Source: an uncultured bacterium (GTDB taxonomy: Bacteria > Oederibacteriota > Oederibacteriia > Oederibacteriales > Oederibacteriaceae). From it: a DNA stretch of 64,000 bases. The notes under the pieces are model-generated. The model was not told the DNA's origin. It searched no databases and worked only from the letters and a program-made list of their open reading frames with translations. The stretch is from the NCBI GenBank assembly GCA_965112635.1, contig OZ218778.1, positions 96,001 through 160,000 on the forward strand, given 5' to 3'. A program made the translations under genes and the position numbers. Shown here one piece after another: positions 1-8,734 of this stretch; within the stretch, counting starts at the first letter, position 1; every line of letters begins with the position of its first letter.

Positions 1-1600
1 CCCACCCTAATCTTACTTTCATAATGACACCATTTCCAAACGTGACATCCTCTTGTCCTGATGGAACATAATAAAATGTTCCAGTGGCACTATTCGTTCT
101 AAAGTACAACGCCAAATTGTTTCCCGCTGGAGAAACATAAAAATCATATATCGACCGGGTTCCGTTGTCAGTGACATCAAAGACCCAATATTGTTTATTC
201 TCAGTCTTCCTAGCAGTCCAGCTTTCGTTTGACTTCAGATAAAAGGTAACATCGCCCCCGCAGGAGTTGAAAATATTTCCCACTTGCGGCCCAGTCCAGC
301 TATACCATCCTGATTGGTTGTTACTGGCTGCTCCAAAATACACGCCGTCCGTGGCGCTGCCCACAGGCTCAAATGCGCTGAAATTAACCGAACCCCCACT
401 ATTTATACGGACAGTACCTTGATACCCTTGGGCTGGAAATACTGGCAGTCCGTTCGTTCCATATCCGCTGGGAACTTCAGAGCTGTTTCCATCTATCAAC
501 ATCTGTACACAGGAGGGGTTAAAAGGCGTAACAGTATTGGTTGGAGTAAAGGTAAAAGTGCCCACTGCTGTTCCAGTAGTAGTTGCAGTTTGTGTTTGCG
601 TGTTCGTCCCTATTGTTGTTGCTGTTGAAGTAGTTGTCACAGTTGCTGTACCCGTACTGGTCATAGTAGATGTACCGGTAATGGTTGCCGTTTGAGTTGC
701 TGTATTCGCAGCAGTGGCAGTTAAAGTTATCGTCGCCGTGGGTGTCTCCGTGGACGTAACAGTGACCGATAACGTCAGAGTCTGCGTAGGAGTTTGTGTG
801 GCCGTGGCTGTTTGGGTATATGTGTTTGATGCAGCCAGAGTATACGTAGATGTTGGAGTAGTTGTAGTAGTATTGGCGCAGGGGCAGGAGCTCGACGTGC
901 TTATCTGGAAATCAGCTATCGGGGCCAAGCAGGAAAAATATCCAGGATAACCGCCATCCATTGTTGTTGCCCCAAAATTAAACATGGAGTTGCTGCCCCA
1001 GCCATCAGTCGCCGCAGTATAACTAATGGTCTGAACCAGAGCATGATTGATATAAAGGTAATTATTTGTTCCATCCCACCGCAGTCTTACTTTCATAATG
1101 GCACCATTCCCAAATGTGGCATCCTCTTGTCCTGTGGGAACGTAATAAATGTGGCCGCTGGTCTCGTTCGTCTGGTAGACAAGCGTTAAATATCCACTCT
1201 GCGGTTGAATATAAAAATAGTACACCTGCCGGCTTCCAGTATCGGTGACATCAAAGACATAGTATTTTGTGTTTTCAGTCTGTCTGGCTGCCCAGGTTTC
1301 GTTGCCCTTTAGGTAAAAAGAGACATCCCCGCCGCAGGAATTGAAAATATTTCCAATTTCTGGCCCGGTCCAGCTATACCAGGCTGAATTAGTAACTTGC
1401 TGCTTGCCTGCTTCAAAATATACACCGTCTGTAGCACTGCCTAAAGGCTCAAAAACATCATAATTCACAGAACCAGTTCCATTTATGTGGACGGTGCCTT
1501 GATACCCTTTGGTTGGATATACTGGATTCCCGTTGGAATTTCCGTTGGGCACTTCCGAACTGTTCCCCGCTATCTTTAGCTGCACGCAGGAAGGAACAAA
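1..1600 (-). repeat. Internal domain duplication (copy A ~890-1600, copy B 1-~520, offset ~1074 bp)
   Basis: Both copies share PSCVQ..GNSSEVP..GYQGTV..FEP.GSATDGVYF..WYSWTGP..GNIFNSCGGDV.FYLK.NE.W.AR..VFDVTD..YYVP.GQED.TFGNG.IMKVRL.W; DNA 'cttactttcataatg' at 12 and 1086. Confidence 0.9.
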
Positions 1601-4567
1601 GGGTGTGGCCGTATAAGTTGGAGTCCCAGTCGTTGATGCTGTCGTTGTATTGGTAGTTGTAGGCGAACAACCCGAAATTGTGCTCGAAGTAAAAGAAGAC
1701 ACATAACCACTGCCAAGCGTGTTGTTTTCATTATAACTGTGCATGCCAACTACCGTATTTGAGCCTAATGCAGTGTCTGTTTCCGTATCAACCAAGTTCC
1801 AATTTATATAAATTTGAACGCTGCTTCCAGTATAAGTCGCAGTTATGGTATCTCCATCAGCAGCAACAGGTCCAATATTTTTAAAAACAACGATGTTATC
1901 ATCAACATCTTCTTCTAGGTAATATTGATCACCGCTTATCCCCGAAACAGACCAATAACTTATGGGGATGGGGATATCGGATTGTAATAACGCCCTGAAA
2001 TACATTTCCCATGTGCAATAACCAGAATTAAAACTATTCACAACCATTGTGGTGGTTCCATCACCATTAAAACTGTCTATATACGCTTCCCCATCATCAT
2101 TAAAGGCATCAGCCATATTGTTAGTTATTCTAATATCGGTATCAACACCGTAGGTCCACCATTGTCCCGTGTCCGCAGTTCCGAGAGTTGGGGCATTAGG
2201 TCGGTGGAATGAATCGCTTATTACTGGCCCGCAAATCACCCTTGTGACCGTGGAGGTACCCGTTTGAGTTGCCGTAGCCGTGGCGGTTTGCGTGCTCGTG
2301 ACTGTCGCCGCTGGAGAGGCCGTAGTAGTAATGGTCGCCGTAGGAATAGGCGTATAATTCAGAGCACTAATTTTTGCCACCAAAGCTTCCGCGTCTGCAC
2401 CAGCAGCAGGATCCCATCCGCCCACATAGCAATTATTAAATTGATCTAAGGCAATACCCGTTGCATCAGAATCAGTATTAGCTACTGTTCCCAAAAATTG
2501 TGAGAATAGTACAGGTGCTGATGGAAAAACAGCGGGATTTAATATGGCGACGAACCCATCACTTCCAGTTAGTCCACCCATGAAGTTGGGTGTGTTGTAG
2601 AAGGAACCGTCGGAAGATAAAGTATATCCAGCCACATAAACCAAACCGTTTGAACCTACAGCGATTGCGTTGGCATAGTCATTTGAATCTCCCCCTAAAT
2701 AGGTGAAATAATTCAGATCTGTCAAACCATTGGTAAATTGGGCAACAAAAGCATCGCCACCCCAATAATAATCAATATTGGAATTACCACCACTATAGGG
2801 GTAGCCATTGGAGTTAAAGTTGGGGGAAGTAGTATTTCCCGTCACCCAAATATTAAAAGTATTTGGATCAATAGCGATGGCATTGAATGAAGTGTCTTGT
2901 GATCCACACACAACGGCTGAGGACACAATAGTCTCAGATGCAGTAGGCTGGGGGTACAACAACGAGACAAACCCGTAAAAAAATGCAAATTGGGCACCTG
3001 AGGCACCCCACTCATAATTAAGGCCAGGAAGGTCAAGACCAGCTGTCTCTCCGGCCACAAAGACACTCCCAAGTTGATTTGCAACAATCCCCCAGCCTTC
3101 ATCACCGTATCCTAAAAAGGTCGAGTATTCCACGTTCGATAAAGTAGCACAATCCAACTCAGTTACAAAGGCCGATGAAATCGCATCGCATGTCGTTTGA
3201 ATAGCATTAGAGGTCAAGGGGAAATCGCTAGAGTTTGTGTCTCCAGTCACAAAGACATTTCCATTCCCTTCAACATCAAGGGCAATACCGTTGCCCCAAG
3301 TATCCCCGTTGTTTGAAGAGGTGCCCCTAGAGCCCCCAAGGAGAGTGGAGACTACACAAGTACCTGAAGAATTAAACTTGGCCACGAAGGCGTCGTTTAA
3401 TCCAGAAAAAGGCATTCCACTACCGATCACAGGAAAATCGCTTGCATAGGTGCCGCCAGTTATATACGAATTGTCGCTGCCATCTACGGCTATTGAATTT
3501 CCAAGTACATTAAATTGACTCTCATTACTCCCCCCCAAATAAGTGATCCAATTTAGGGAAAGAACTGGAACGGTAGTAAACTGAGCCACAAAAATGTCTG
3601 AATTGTCTGTGCCTGTAAATGAATTGGTGGCTGGCAGGTTGGTGGAAGTAGTAGATCCCTCCAAATAAACAAAGTTTCCACTTGGATCCACACTTATTCC
3701 GCAACCTAAATTATTGCCATTCCCCCCAAGCAAGATGATGGAAACAACAGGATCAATCACCAGGGGACGGGAGCGATCATAATTCTTGATCTCAAACCCT
3801 ACCGCATGGTCTTCCTTTTTCACATAATGGCCCTCTAGCTGCTCCCTTTTTCCATCTTTCTCCTGATAGATCACCGGAGACTCAAAACCCACCGAACCTA
3901 TCCCGGTTCTTAGTGTCAAATTCCCGTTCGCATCTGGCTCCGCATCCTCCGCTCCTTCCCACTTTAACCGGATCACCCCAGGATCAGTCCCTGGTTTTAC
4001 AACAAAAACATATTCCAATTTCCTTTGGTTGCCGTAGTAAACCATATCCACACCGGGATAGATGTTTTCCGCCTTTACCTGCGCGTACAAGGGCACCTTG
4101 GTCCGGTCCTTGGAACGGTCTTTCCCCAAGAAATAATTAGCGGTAGCCGTCATTTTATCCATCCCTTGCCAACTGGCCTTGATGTCAGCCCCATCCAGTT
4201 TGATCCGTATCACTGCTTCCCCATTATTATGTTCTTTGTCAGCGCCTCGTTTTTTGGACAGAAGATTTTTCCTGGCTGCTTGTTTCACAAGTTTCAGTAC
4301 CGCCTCGTTAGCAGTGATAAAAATTGCATTTCCCCTGGCCCTGGAATAATACCAAACGGAAGGATCGGCCTGTCCTTCGTTTGCCTCAAAGAACAAAGGA
4401 AAATCAGCGTATGATATTTTGGGATTAAGATGGATTGCTGTTTTTACAATAGGTTTTTGTGCTGAAATTTTTTCAAGAGGCATTGTGACGAGAAGACAAA
4501 GAAAAATGAAAATGAATATTATGAGGTGAGGGCTTTTTAATCTGCATTTTTGAAAGGTATTAGACAT
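2..4567 (-). CDS. Large secreted surface protein (>1520 aa, 3' end beyond window): SBBP-type beta-propeller region, Thr-rich linkers, duplicated beta-rich domains
   Basis: Not in the ORF track (no stop inside the window). Manual translation from ATG at 4567: MSNTFQKCRLKSPHLIIFIFIFLCLLVTMP (signal-like), then FPLFFEANEGQAD, NIYPGVDMVYYGNQRKLEYVFVVKPGTDP, YDRSRPLVIDP and repeats such as TYLGGSN/IAVDGSDNSYITGGT/DAFVAKF typical of SBBP-repeat proteins. The frame is consistent with the last codon TGG at 4..2. Confidence 0.85.
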   Translation of the reverse strand, partial: MSNTFQKCRLKSPHLIIFIFIFLCLLVTMPLEKISAQKPIVKTAIHLNPKISYADFPLFFEANEGQADPSVWYYSRARGNAIFITANEAVLKLVKQAARKNLLSKKRGADKEHNNGEAVIRIKLDGADIKASWQGMDKMTATANYFLGKDRSKDRTKVPLYAQVKAENIYPGVDMVYYGNQRKLEYVFVVKPGTDPGVIRLKWEGAEDAEPDANGNLTLRTGIGSVGFESPVIYQEKDGKREQLEGHYVKKEDHAVGFEIKNYDRSRPLVIDPVVSIILLGGNGNNLGCGISVDPSGNFVYLEGSTTSTNLPATNSFTGTDNSDIFVAQFTTVPVLSLNWITYLGGSNESQFNVLGNSIAVDGSDNSYITGGTYASDFPVIGSGMPFSGLNDAFVAKFNSSGTCVVSTLLGGSRGTSSNNGDTWGNGIALDVEGNGNVFVTGDTNSSDFPLTSNAIQTTCDAISSAFVTELDCATLSNVEYSTFLGYGDEGWGIVANQLGSVFVAGETAGLDLPGLNYEWGASGAQFAFFYGFVSLLYPQPTASETIVSSAVVCGSQDTSFNAIAIDPNTFNIWVTGNTTSPNFNSNGYPYSGGNSNIDYYWGGDAFVAQFTNGLTDLNYFTYLGGDSNDYANAIAVGSNGLVYVAGYTLSSDGSFYNTPNFMGGLTGSDGFVAILNPAVFPSAPVLFSQFLGTVANTDSDATGIALDQFNNCYVGGWDPAAGADAEALVAKISALNYTPIPTATITTTASPAATVTSTQTATATATQTGTSTVTRVICGPVISDSFHRPNAPTLGTADTGQWWTYGVDTDIRITNNMADAFNDDGEAYIDSFNGDGTTTMVVNSFNSGYCTWEMYFRALLQSDIPIPISYWSVSGISGDQYYLEEDVDDNIVVFKNIGPVAADGDTITATYTGSSVQIYINWNLVDTETDTALGSNTVVGMHSYNENNTLGSGYVSSFTSSTISGCSPTTTNTTTASTTGTPTYTATPFVPSCVQLKIAGNSSEVPNGNSNGNPVYPTKGYQGTVHINGTGSVNYDVFEPLGSATDGVYFEAGKQQVTNSAWYSWTGPEIGNIFNSCGGDVSFYLKGNETWAARQTENTKYYVFDVTDTGSRQVYYFYIQPQSGYLTLVYQTNETSGHIYYVPTGQEDATFGNGAIMKVRLRWDGTNNYLYINHALVQTISYTAATDGWGSNSMFNFGATTMDGGYPGYFSCLAPIADFQISTSSSCPCANTTTTTPTSTYTLAASNTYTQTATATQTPTQTLTLSVTVTSTETPTATITLTATAANTATQTATITGTSTMTSTGTATVTTTSTATTIGTNTQTQTATTTGTAVGTFTFTPTNTVTPFNPSCVQMLIDGNSSEVPSGYGTNGLPVFPAQGYQGTVRINSGGSVNFSAFEPVGSATDGVYFGAASNNQSGWYSWTGPQVGNIFNSCGGDVTFYLKSNESWTARKTENKQYWVFDVTDNGTRSIYDFYVSPAGNNLALYFRTNSATGTFYYVPSGQEDVTFGNGVIMKVRLGW

Positions 4568-4818
4568 AAAAATCCTTTCTTCAGACAAATTATAGAACCC
4601 ACGAAAATATCTGAAAAAAAGTATATTCCGCATATCCAATTATTCAAGTTAAAAAATTGCTAAAAAAGCGTTAAAAAGACAAGTGGTTTTGTAACTCAAT
4701 GTAAAAAACCAGGATGTTAACCCGGGAATTTGTCTTACGACCCAAAAGGAATGAAAACCTAAAAATTTCCAATCTTCACCATTTTGATCTAAGGCAAAGG
4801 AGGGCAGAAATATATTAC

Positions 4819-6357
4819 CTACCGAAGCATTATAAATTTCTTTGGACCTATTTTGCTGGAACCTAAAGAGCCGTAATCAATGTTAATCATGTACAGATAA
4901 ACCCCTGTGGCAAATTTACTGGTGTCTATCAAGCTCGCCTGTGAGCCTGCTGGCTTGACTTCACCTACTGTTTCCACCAGTTCAGCGACCTCATTGTAAA
5001 CCCGTATCTTCACATAGCCCGGCGCTGATAAACAATAGGCGATGGTGGCCTCATCTCCCTTAACCGGCGAGGGATAGATATAGGATGTTCCGGGGTCGCA
5101 CGGAACCGACACAGGTATGGGAGTGGCTGTTACAGTAGGGATAGGAGTAATTGTAGGAGTGTAGTTATTGTATATCAGCACCCGGTTATTTGCCCCATCC
5201 TCAACATAAAGACGTGTGCCATCGCTATAAACACCCCAGGGATAGAAAAGCGTGCTGGCTCCCACTCCTCCCCCCTGATTGGCTGTGCCTGTGAGCATGT
5301 TGGGCTGGCCTATGACCATATCCGCCGGGGCGTTATTAACCGCCGGGATGCTGTTGTAAATCAGCACACGCGAATTTTGACAATCAGAGATATAGAGTTT
5401 TGGACCATCGCTGTATACAGCCCTTGGGAAAAAAAAACCGTTGGCGGTTATCGTGGTGCAAACACACTGGTTTGCAGCCCCTGAGCTCATTGTGCTCTGG
5501 CCTACGACTACATCTGCCAAGGCGTTATTAACTGTCGGAATGCTGTTATAGATTAATACCCGGTTGTTGCTACCATCCGTGATAAAGAGCCGTGTGCCAT
5601 CGCTGTAAACTCCATATGGCCCGCTAAGGGTATTGGCTCCCACAACCCCACCTTGGTTGGGACTGCTGCCGCTCATAGTGCTCTGGCCTACGACCACATC
5701 TGCCGAGGCGTTATTAACCGTAGGAATGCTGTTGTAAATCAGCACACGCATATTTCCACCATCAGAGATATAGAGTTTTGTACCATCGCTGTAAACTCCC
5801 TCAGGCTGGAAAAGCGTATTGGCTCCCACAACCCCACCTTGGTTGGAGCTGCTGCCGCTCATAGTGCTCTGGCCTACGACTACATCAGCCGAGGCATTAT
5901 TAACCGTAGGAATGCTGTTATATATCAGCACCCGGCTGTTGAAGTTATCCGCAATAAAGAGCCGTGTGCCATCGCTGTAGACCCCCATGGGGAGATACAA
6001 AGTATTGGCTGCCGTTACGCCTCCTTGGTTGGCACTACTCCCGCTCATGTTGGCCTGGCCCACCACCACATCAGCCGAGGCGTTATTAGTTGTTGGGATG
6101 CTATTGTAGATCAGCACCCGGTTGTTGACATGATCCGCAATAAAGAGCCGTGTGCCATCGCTGTAGACCCCAATGGGGTTATATAAAGTATTGGCGGCCG
6201 CCGAACCACCCCGGTTAGCAGTGTTCGTGAGCATATTGGGCTGGCCTATGACCACATCCGCGGGTTGGTCTGTCCAATAGCCAAATACTGCCATTGGGCA
6301 AGCCAGGAAAAAGCATGCGGCAGCAACCAGTAACCCTGTTTTAATGCGTATGTCCAT
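4819..6357 (-). CDS. Secreted six-bladed NHL-type beta-propeller protein with TP linker and T9SS-type C-terminal sorting domain
   Basis: Signal peptide; six ~62-aa repeats ADVVVGQ...P.GVYSDGTRL.I.D..N.RVLIYN; TPTITPIPTVTATP linker; C-terminus YIYPSPVKG...KIRVYN..ELV..FATGVYLY..KKFIMLR. Confidence 0.85.
   Translation of the reverse strand: MDIRIKTGLLVAAACFFLACPMAVFGYWTDQPADVVIGQPNMLTNTANRGGSAAANTLYNPIGVYSDGTRLFIADHVNNRVLIYNSIPTTNNASADVVVGQANMSGSSANQGGVTAANTLYLPMGVYSDGTRLFIADNFNSRVLIYNSIPTVNNASADVVVGQSTMSGSSSNQGGVVGANTLFQPEGVYSDGTKLYISDGGNMRVLIYNSIPTVNNASADVVVGQSTMSGSSPNQGGVVGANTLSGPYGVYSDGTRLFITDGSNNRVLIYNSIPTVNNALADVVVGQSTMSSGAANQCVCTTITANGFFFPRAVYSDGPKLYISDCQNSRVLIYNSIPAVNNAPADMVIGQPNMLTGTANQGGGVGASTLFYPWGVYSDGTRLYVEDGANNRVLIYNNYTPTITPIPTVTATPIPVSVPCDPGTSYIYPSPVKGDEATIAYCLSAPGYVKIRVYNEVAELVETVGEVKPAGSQASLIDTSKFATGVYLYMINIDYGSLGSSKIGPKKFIMLR
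5165..6265 (-). repeat. Six tandem coding repeats, ~186 bp period
   Basis: 'ccgaggc(g/a)ttatta' at 5703, 5889 and 6075 (exact 186-bp spacing). Confidence 0.9.
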
Positions 6358-6618
6358 CTCGGAATCCCCTTTTAACCTTTTCCTTGCTACGGCTAGGCCT
6401 GCTCTTATTATTTCCTTTCTAAAACAATTATAAACCTGCTTTGCCTAGAATAATATCTTTGAGAAATCTGGCGGTAGTAATGCTGCCTGAAAAATCCACT
6501 CGAGGCCTTTACCTTATATATAAAGCCAATTCATTTCCAATTGCCATCAATCTGGCTGACAAATAGTATCAACCTCCAAATTCAAATAATCATGTATTAA
6601 TTACTAATAAATTTTAAC

Positions 6619-6791
6619 TCCCCCCTATCTTGTTTTCTTCAAATTACACCGTCTCGGTACCCGACCAACTCACCCTCAATCCTCACTAATCTATTTAATG
6701 TTATTGAGGGGGAGTTAGTTGGGGAGAACCAAGCGCAGCGAAGGTGTCAGAGACGGTGGAAATACAAGGAGAAAAACAACTATAGGGGGGA
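6619..6791. other. ~173-nt nested imperfect inverted repeat (long hairpin), function unknown
   Basis: Pairings 6619-6628/6782-6791, ttgtttt 6630-6636/aaaacaa 6773-6779, caccgtctc 6647-6655/gagacggtg 6750-6758, 6667-6680/6703-6716 (one mismatch). Confidence 0.6.
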
Positions 6792-6907
6792 TATATAGAA
6801 CTATAGGGCTGAAATGTTTCACCCCCTTGAATTTGTCAACTGGGAAGGCTCCTCTATTTCACCCAATTCAAAGGCAACGTGTTCACCCAAAAGGTTAATC
6901 CAGTCTA

Positions 6908-7148
6908 CTTCGACTCCTTTTTCCATTTCATTCATCCCATAACCCGCCGCTTTGCGGCGCTATACGGGATGGCTGGGGGAGTAGGAGTCCTGCTCCCTCG
7001 GTGCTTCGCACCTCATCCGCAGCCGGCCGCCCTCGCTTCATCTGCCACTGGCAGCGCTCGGGTCGGCTTCGACTCCTTTTTCCATTTCATTCATCCCATA
7101 ACCCGCCGCTTTGCGGCGCTATACGGGATGGCTGGGGGAGTAGGAGTC
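6908..7148 (-). repeat. 82-bp exact direct repeat (6908-6989 and 7067-7148) including the last 20 nt of tRNA-Gln
   Basis: 'cttcgactcctttttccatttcattcatcccataacccgccgctttgcggcgctatacgggatggctgggggagtaggagtc' occurs twice, 159 bp apart. Confidence 0.95.
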
Positions 7149-7203
7149 GAACCTACAATAGGCAGATTCAGAGTCTGCTGTCCTGCCATTAGACGATCCC
7201 CCA
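7129..7203 (-). tRNA. tRNA-Gln (anticodon CTG)
   Basis: TGGGGGATCGTCTAATGGCAGGACAGCAGACTCTGAATCTGCCTATTGTAGGTTCGACTCCTACTCCCCCAGCCA: 75 nt cloverleaf, GTTCGA T-loop, encoded CCA, U1-A72. Confidence 0.95.
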
Positions 7204-7283
7204 ACTGTACATGGCCATCGAGTGTTTATTTTAACTAAAATAAAAGCACAGAAATACTAACATCTGGAGGCAAATCCGACAAG

Positions 7284-8729
7284 TTACCGCTGCAGAACGC
7301 GCTGGATACGCTGGACGCACTTTTCTTTGCCCAGCAGTTCCATGATATCAAAAAGGCCGGGCCCGATGGTCCGCCCGGTCAGGCTGACCCTCAAAGGATG
7401 GATAAGCTGGGCCGGTTTTACTTTGAGTTCTTCGGCGTATTGCCTGACCATCTGTTCGGCCTCCTCCTTGTTGAAATTTCCCGCCCTGGCCAGGCGCGCC
7501 TGCAATTCTTTCAACTGCGTGAGGCTGACTTCGTTCTCCAGCCACTTTTTTTCCGCGCTCTCCTCGAACGCATAATCATCCCTGAAAAAATAATCCACGA
7601 ATTCCGGGAAGACCTGGAAGGTTTGAATCCTTTCCCTTTCCAGATCCAGAAGGCGTAAAAAAAGTTTTTTTTGCTCTTCCGTGATAGGGTCGGAGACCAA
7701 TTTCCGCTCTTGCATCATGGGCAGGATGGCCTGGTAAAGCCGCTCCTGCGGCATCTGCCGAATATAAACGCCATTCATCCAGTCCAGTTTTTTCTGGTCA
7801 AAGATGGCAGGGTTCTTGCCCACCCGTTCCAAAGTGAACTTCTCAATCAGCTCGGAAAGCGAAAAAAGCTGTTGGCTGTCCGAGGTGGACCACCCCAGCA
7901 AAGAGAGATAGTTGACCAGGACTTCCGGTAAATAGCCCAGCTCCCTGTATTCGGTCACCAGCGTGGCCCCGTGCCTTTTGCTAAGGCGTTTCTTGTCCGG
8001 GCCCAGGATCTGGGGCAGGTGGGCGTAGCGGGGCACGGGTTGGCCCAAAGCCTGGTGGAGGAGGATCTGGCGGGGGGTGTTGGAAAGATGGTCGTCTCCC
8101 CGGATGACATGAGTGATCTCCATGGCCCCGTCGTCCACGGCGCAGGCGAAATTAAAAGCCGGCCCGCCGTCCGATTTCATCAGCACAAAATCGTCGATCT
8201 CTTTATGGTCCACTTGGTTGAGGCCATGCACCATGTCCTCGAAACTGGTCATCCCGGGTTCAACTTTGAACCTCCACACGAACCTTTCGCCGTTGGCTAT
8301 CCGTTTTTCGGCTTCAGCGCTGGGAAGAGACCGACACTGGCCGTCATAACGCGGCGGGAGTTTTTTAGCGGCCATTTCCGCCCTTTTTGCGGCAAGTTCG
8401 TCAGGGGTGCAAAAGCAAGGATAGACCTGGTTGTTTTTTTGGAGTGTGGCCAAGGCCCGGCCGTAAATGTCCAAGCGCTGGGACTGGAAATAAGGGCTCT
8501 TGGGCCCGCCGATCTTCGGACCTTCCTGGTAGTCCATGCCCAGCCATTTCAGGCTGTCCAAAATAGCCTGGGTAAAACGTTCCTCGGACCTTTCCTTATC
8601 CGTATCCTCGATCCTGAGGATAAAAACCCCTTTTTCATGCTTGGCAAAAAGCCAGTTGAAAAGCGCAGTACGGACATTGCCTATATGGAGGAACCCGGTA
8701 GGTGATGGAGCGAAACGGACCCTGACCAT
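7284..8729 (-). CDS. gltX: Glutamate--tRNA ligase
   Basis: VRVRFAPSPTGFLHIGN (HIGH-type), RIEDTD, LSKR (KMSKS-type); start moved to ATG 8729. Confidence 0.97.
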   Translation of the reverse strand: MVRVRFAPSPTGFLHIGNVRTALFNWLFAKHEKGVFILRIEDTDKERSEERFTQAILDSLKWLGMDYQEGPKIGGPKSPYFQSQRLDIYGRALATLQKNNQVYPCFCTPDELAAKRAEMAAKKLPPRYDGQCRSLPSAEAEKRIANGERFVWRFKVEPGMTSFEDMVHGLNQVDHKEIDDFVLMKSDGGPAFNFACAVDDGAMEITHVIRGDDHLSNTPRQILLHQALGQPVPRYAHLPQILGPDKKRLSKRHGATLVTEYRELGYLPEVLVNYLSLLGWSTSDSQQLFSLSELIEKFTLERVGKNPAIFDQKKLDWMNGVYIRQMPQERLYQAILPMMQERKLVSDPITEEQKKLFLRLLDLERERIQTFQVFPEFVDYFFRDDYAFEESAEKKWLENEVSLTQLKELQARLARAGNFNKEEAEQMVRQYAEELKVKPAQLIHPLRVSLTGRTIGPGLFDIMELLGKEKCVQRIQRVLQR

Positions 8730-8734
8730 TGGAT

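Noticed and set aside
314-4414. Short ORF-track ORFs in the first 4.5 kb
   Set aside because: Shadow frames of the large minus-strand gene 2-4567.
1-6357. Duplicated domains as a DGR template/variable repeat pair
   Set aside because: All copies are in-frame coding, differences are not adenine-specific, and no reverse transcriptase is present.
6908-7148. Direct repeats read as a CRISPR mini-array
   Set aside because: Only two units of 82 bp, tRNA-derived, and no cas genes.
6879-7238. 119-aa plus-strand ORF with a duplicated peptide (FDSFFHFIHPITRRFAALYGMAGGVGV)
   Set aside because: It is the translation of the 82-bp DNA repeat and lies antisense to tRNA-Gln.
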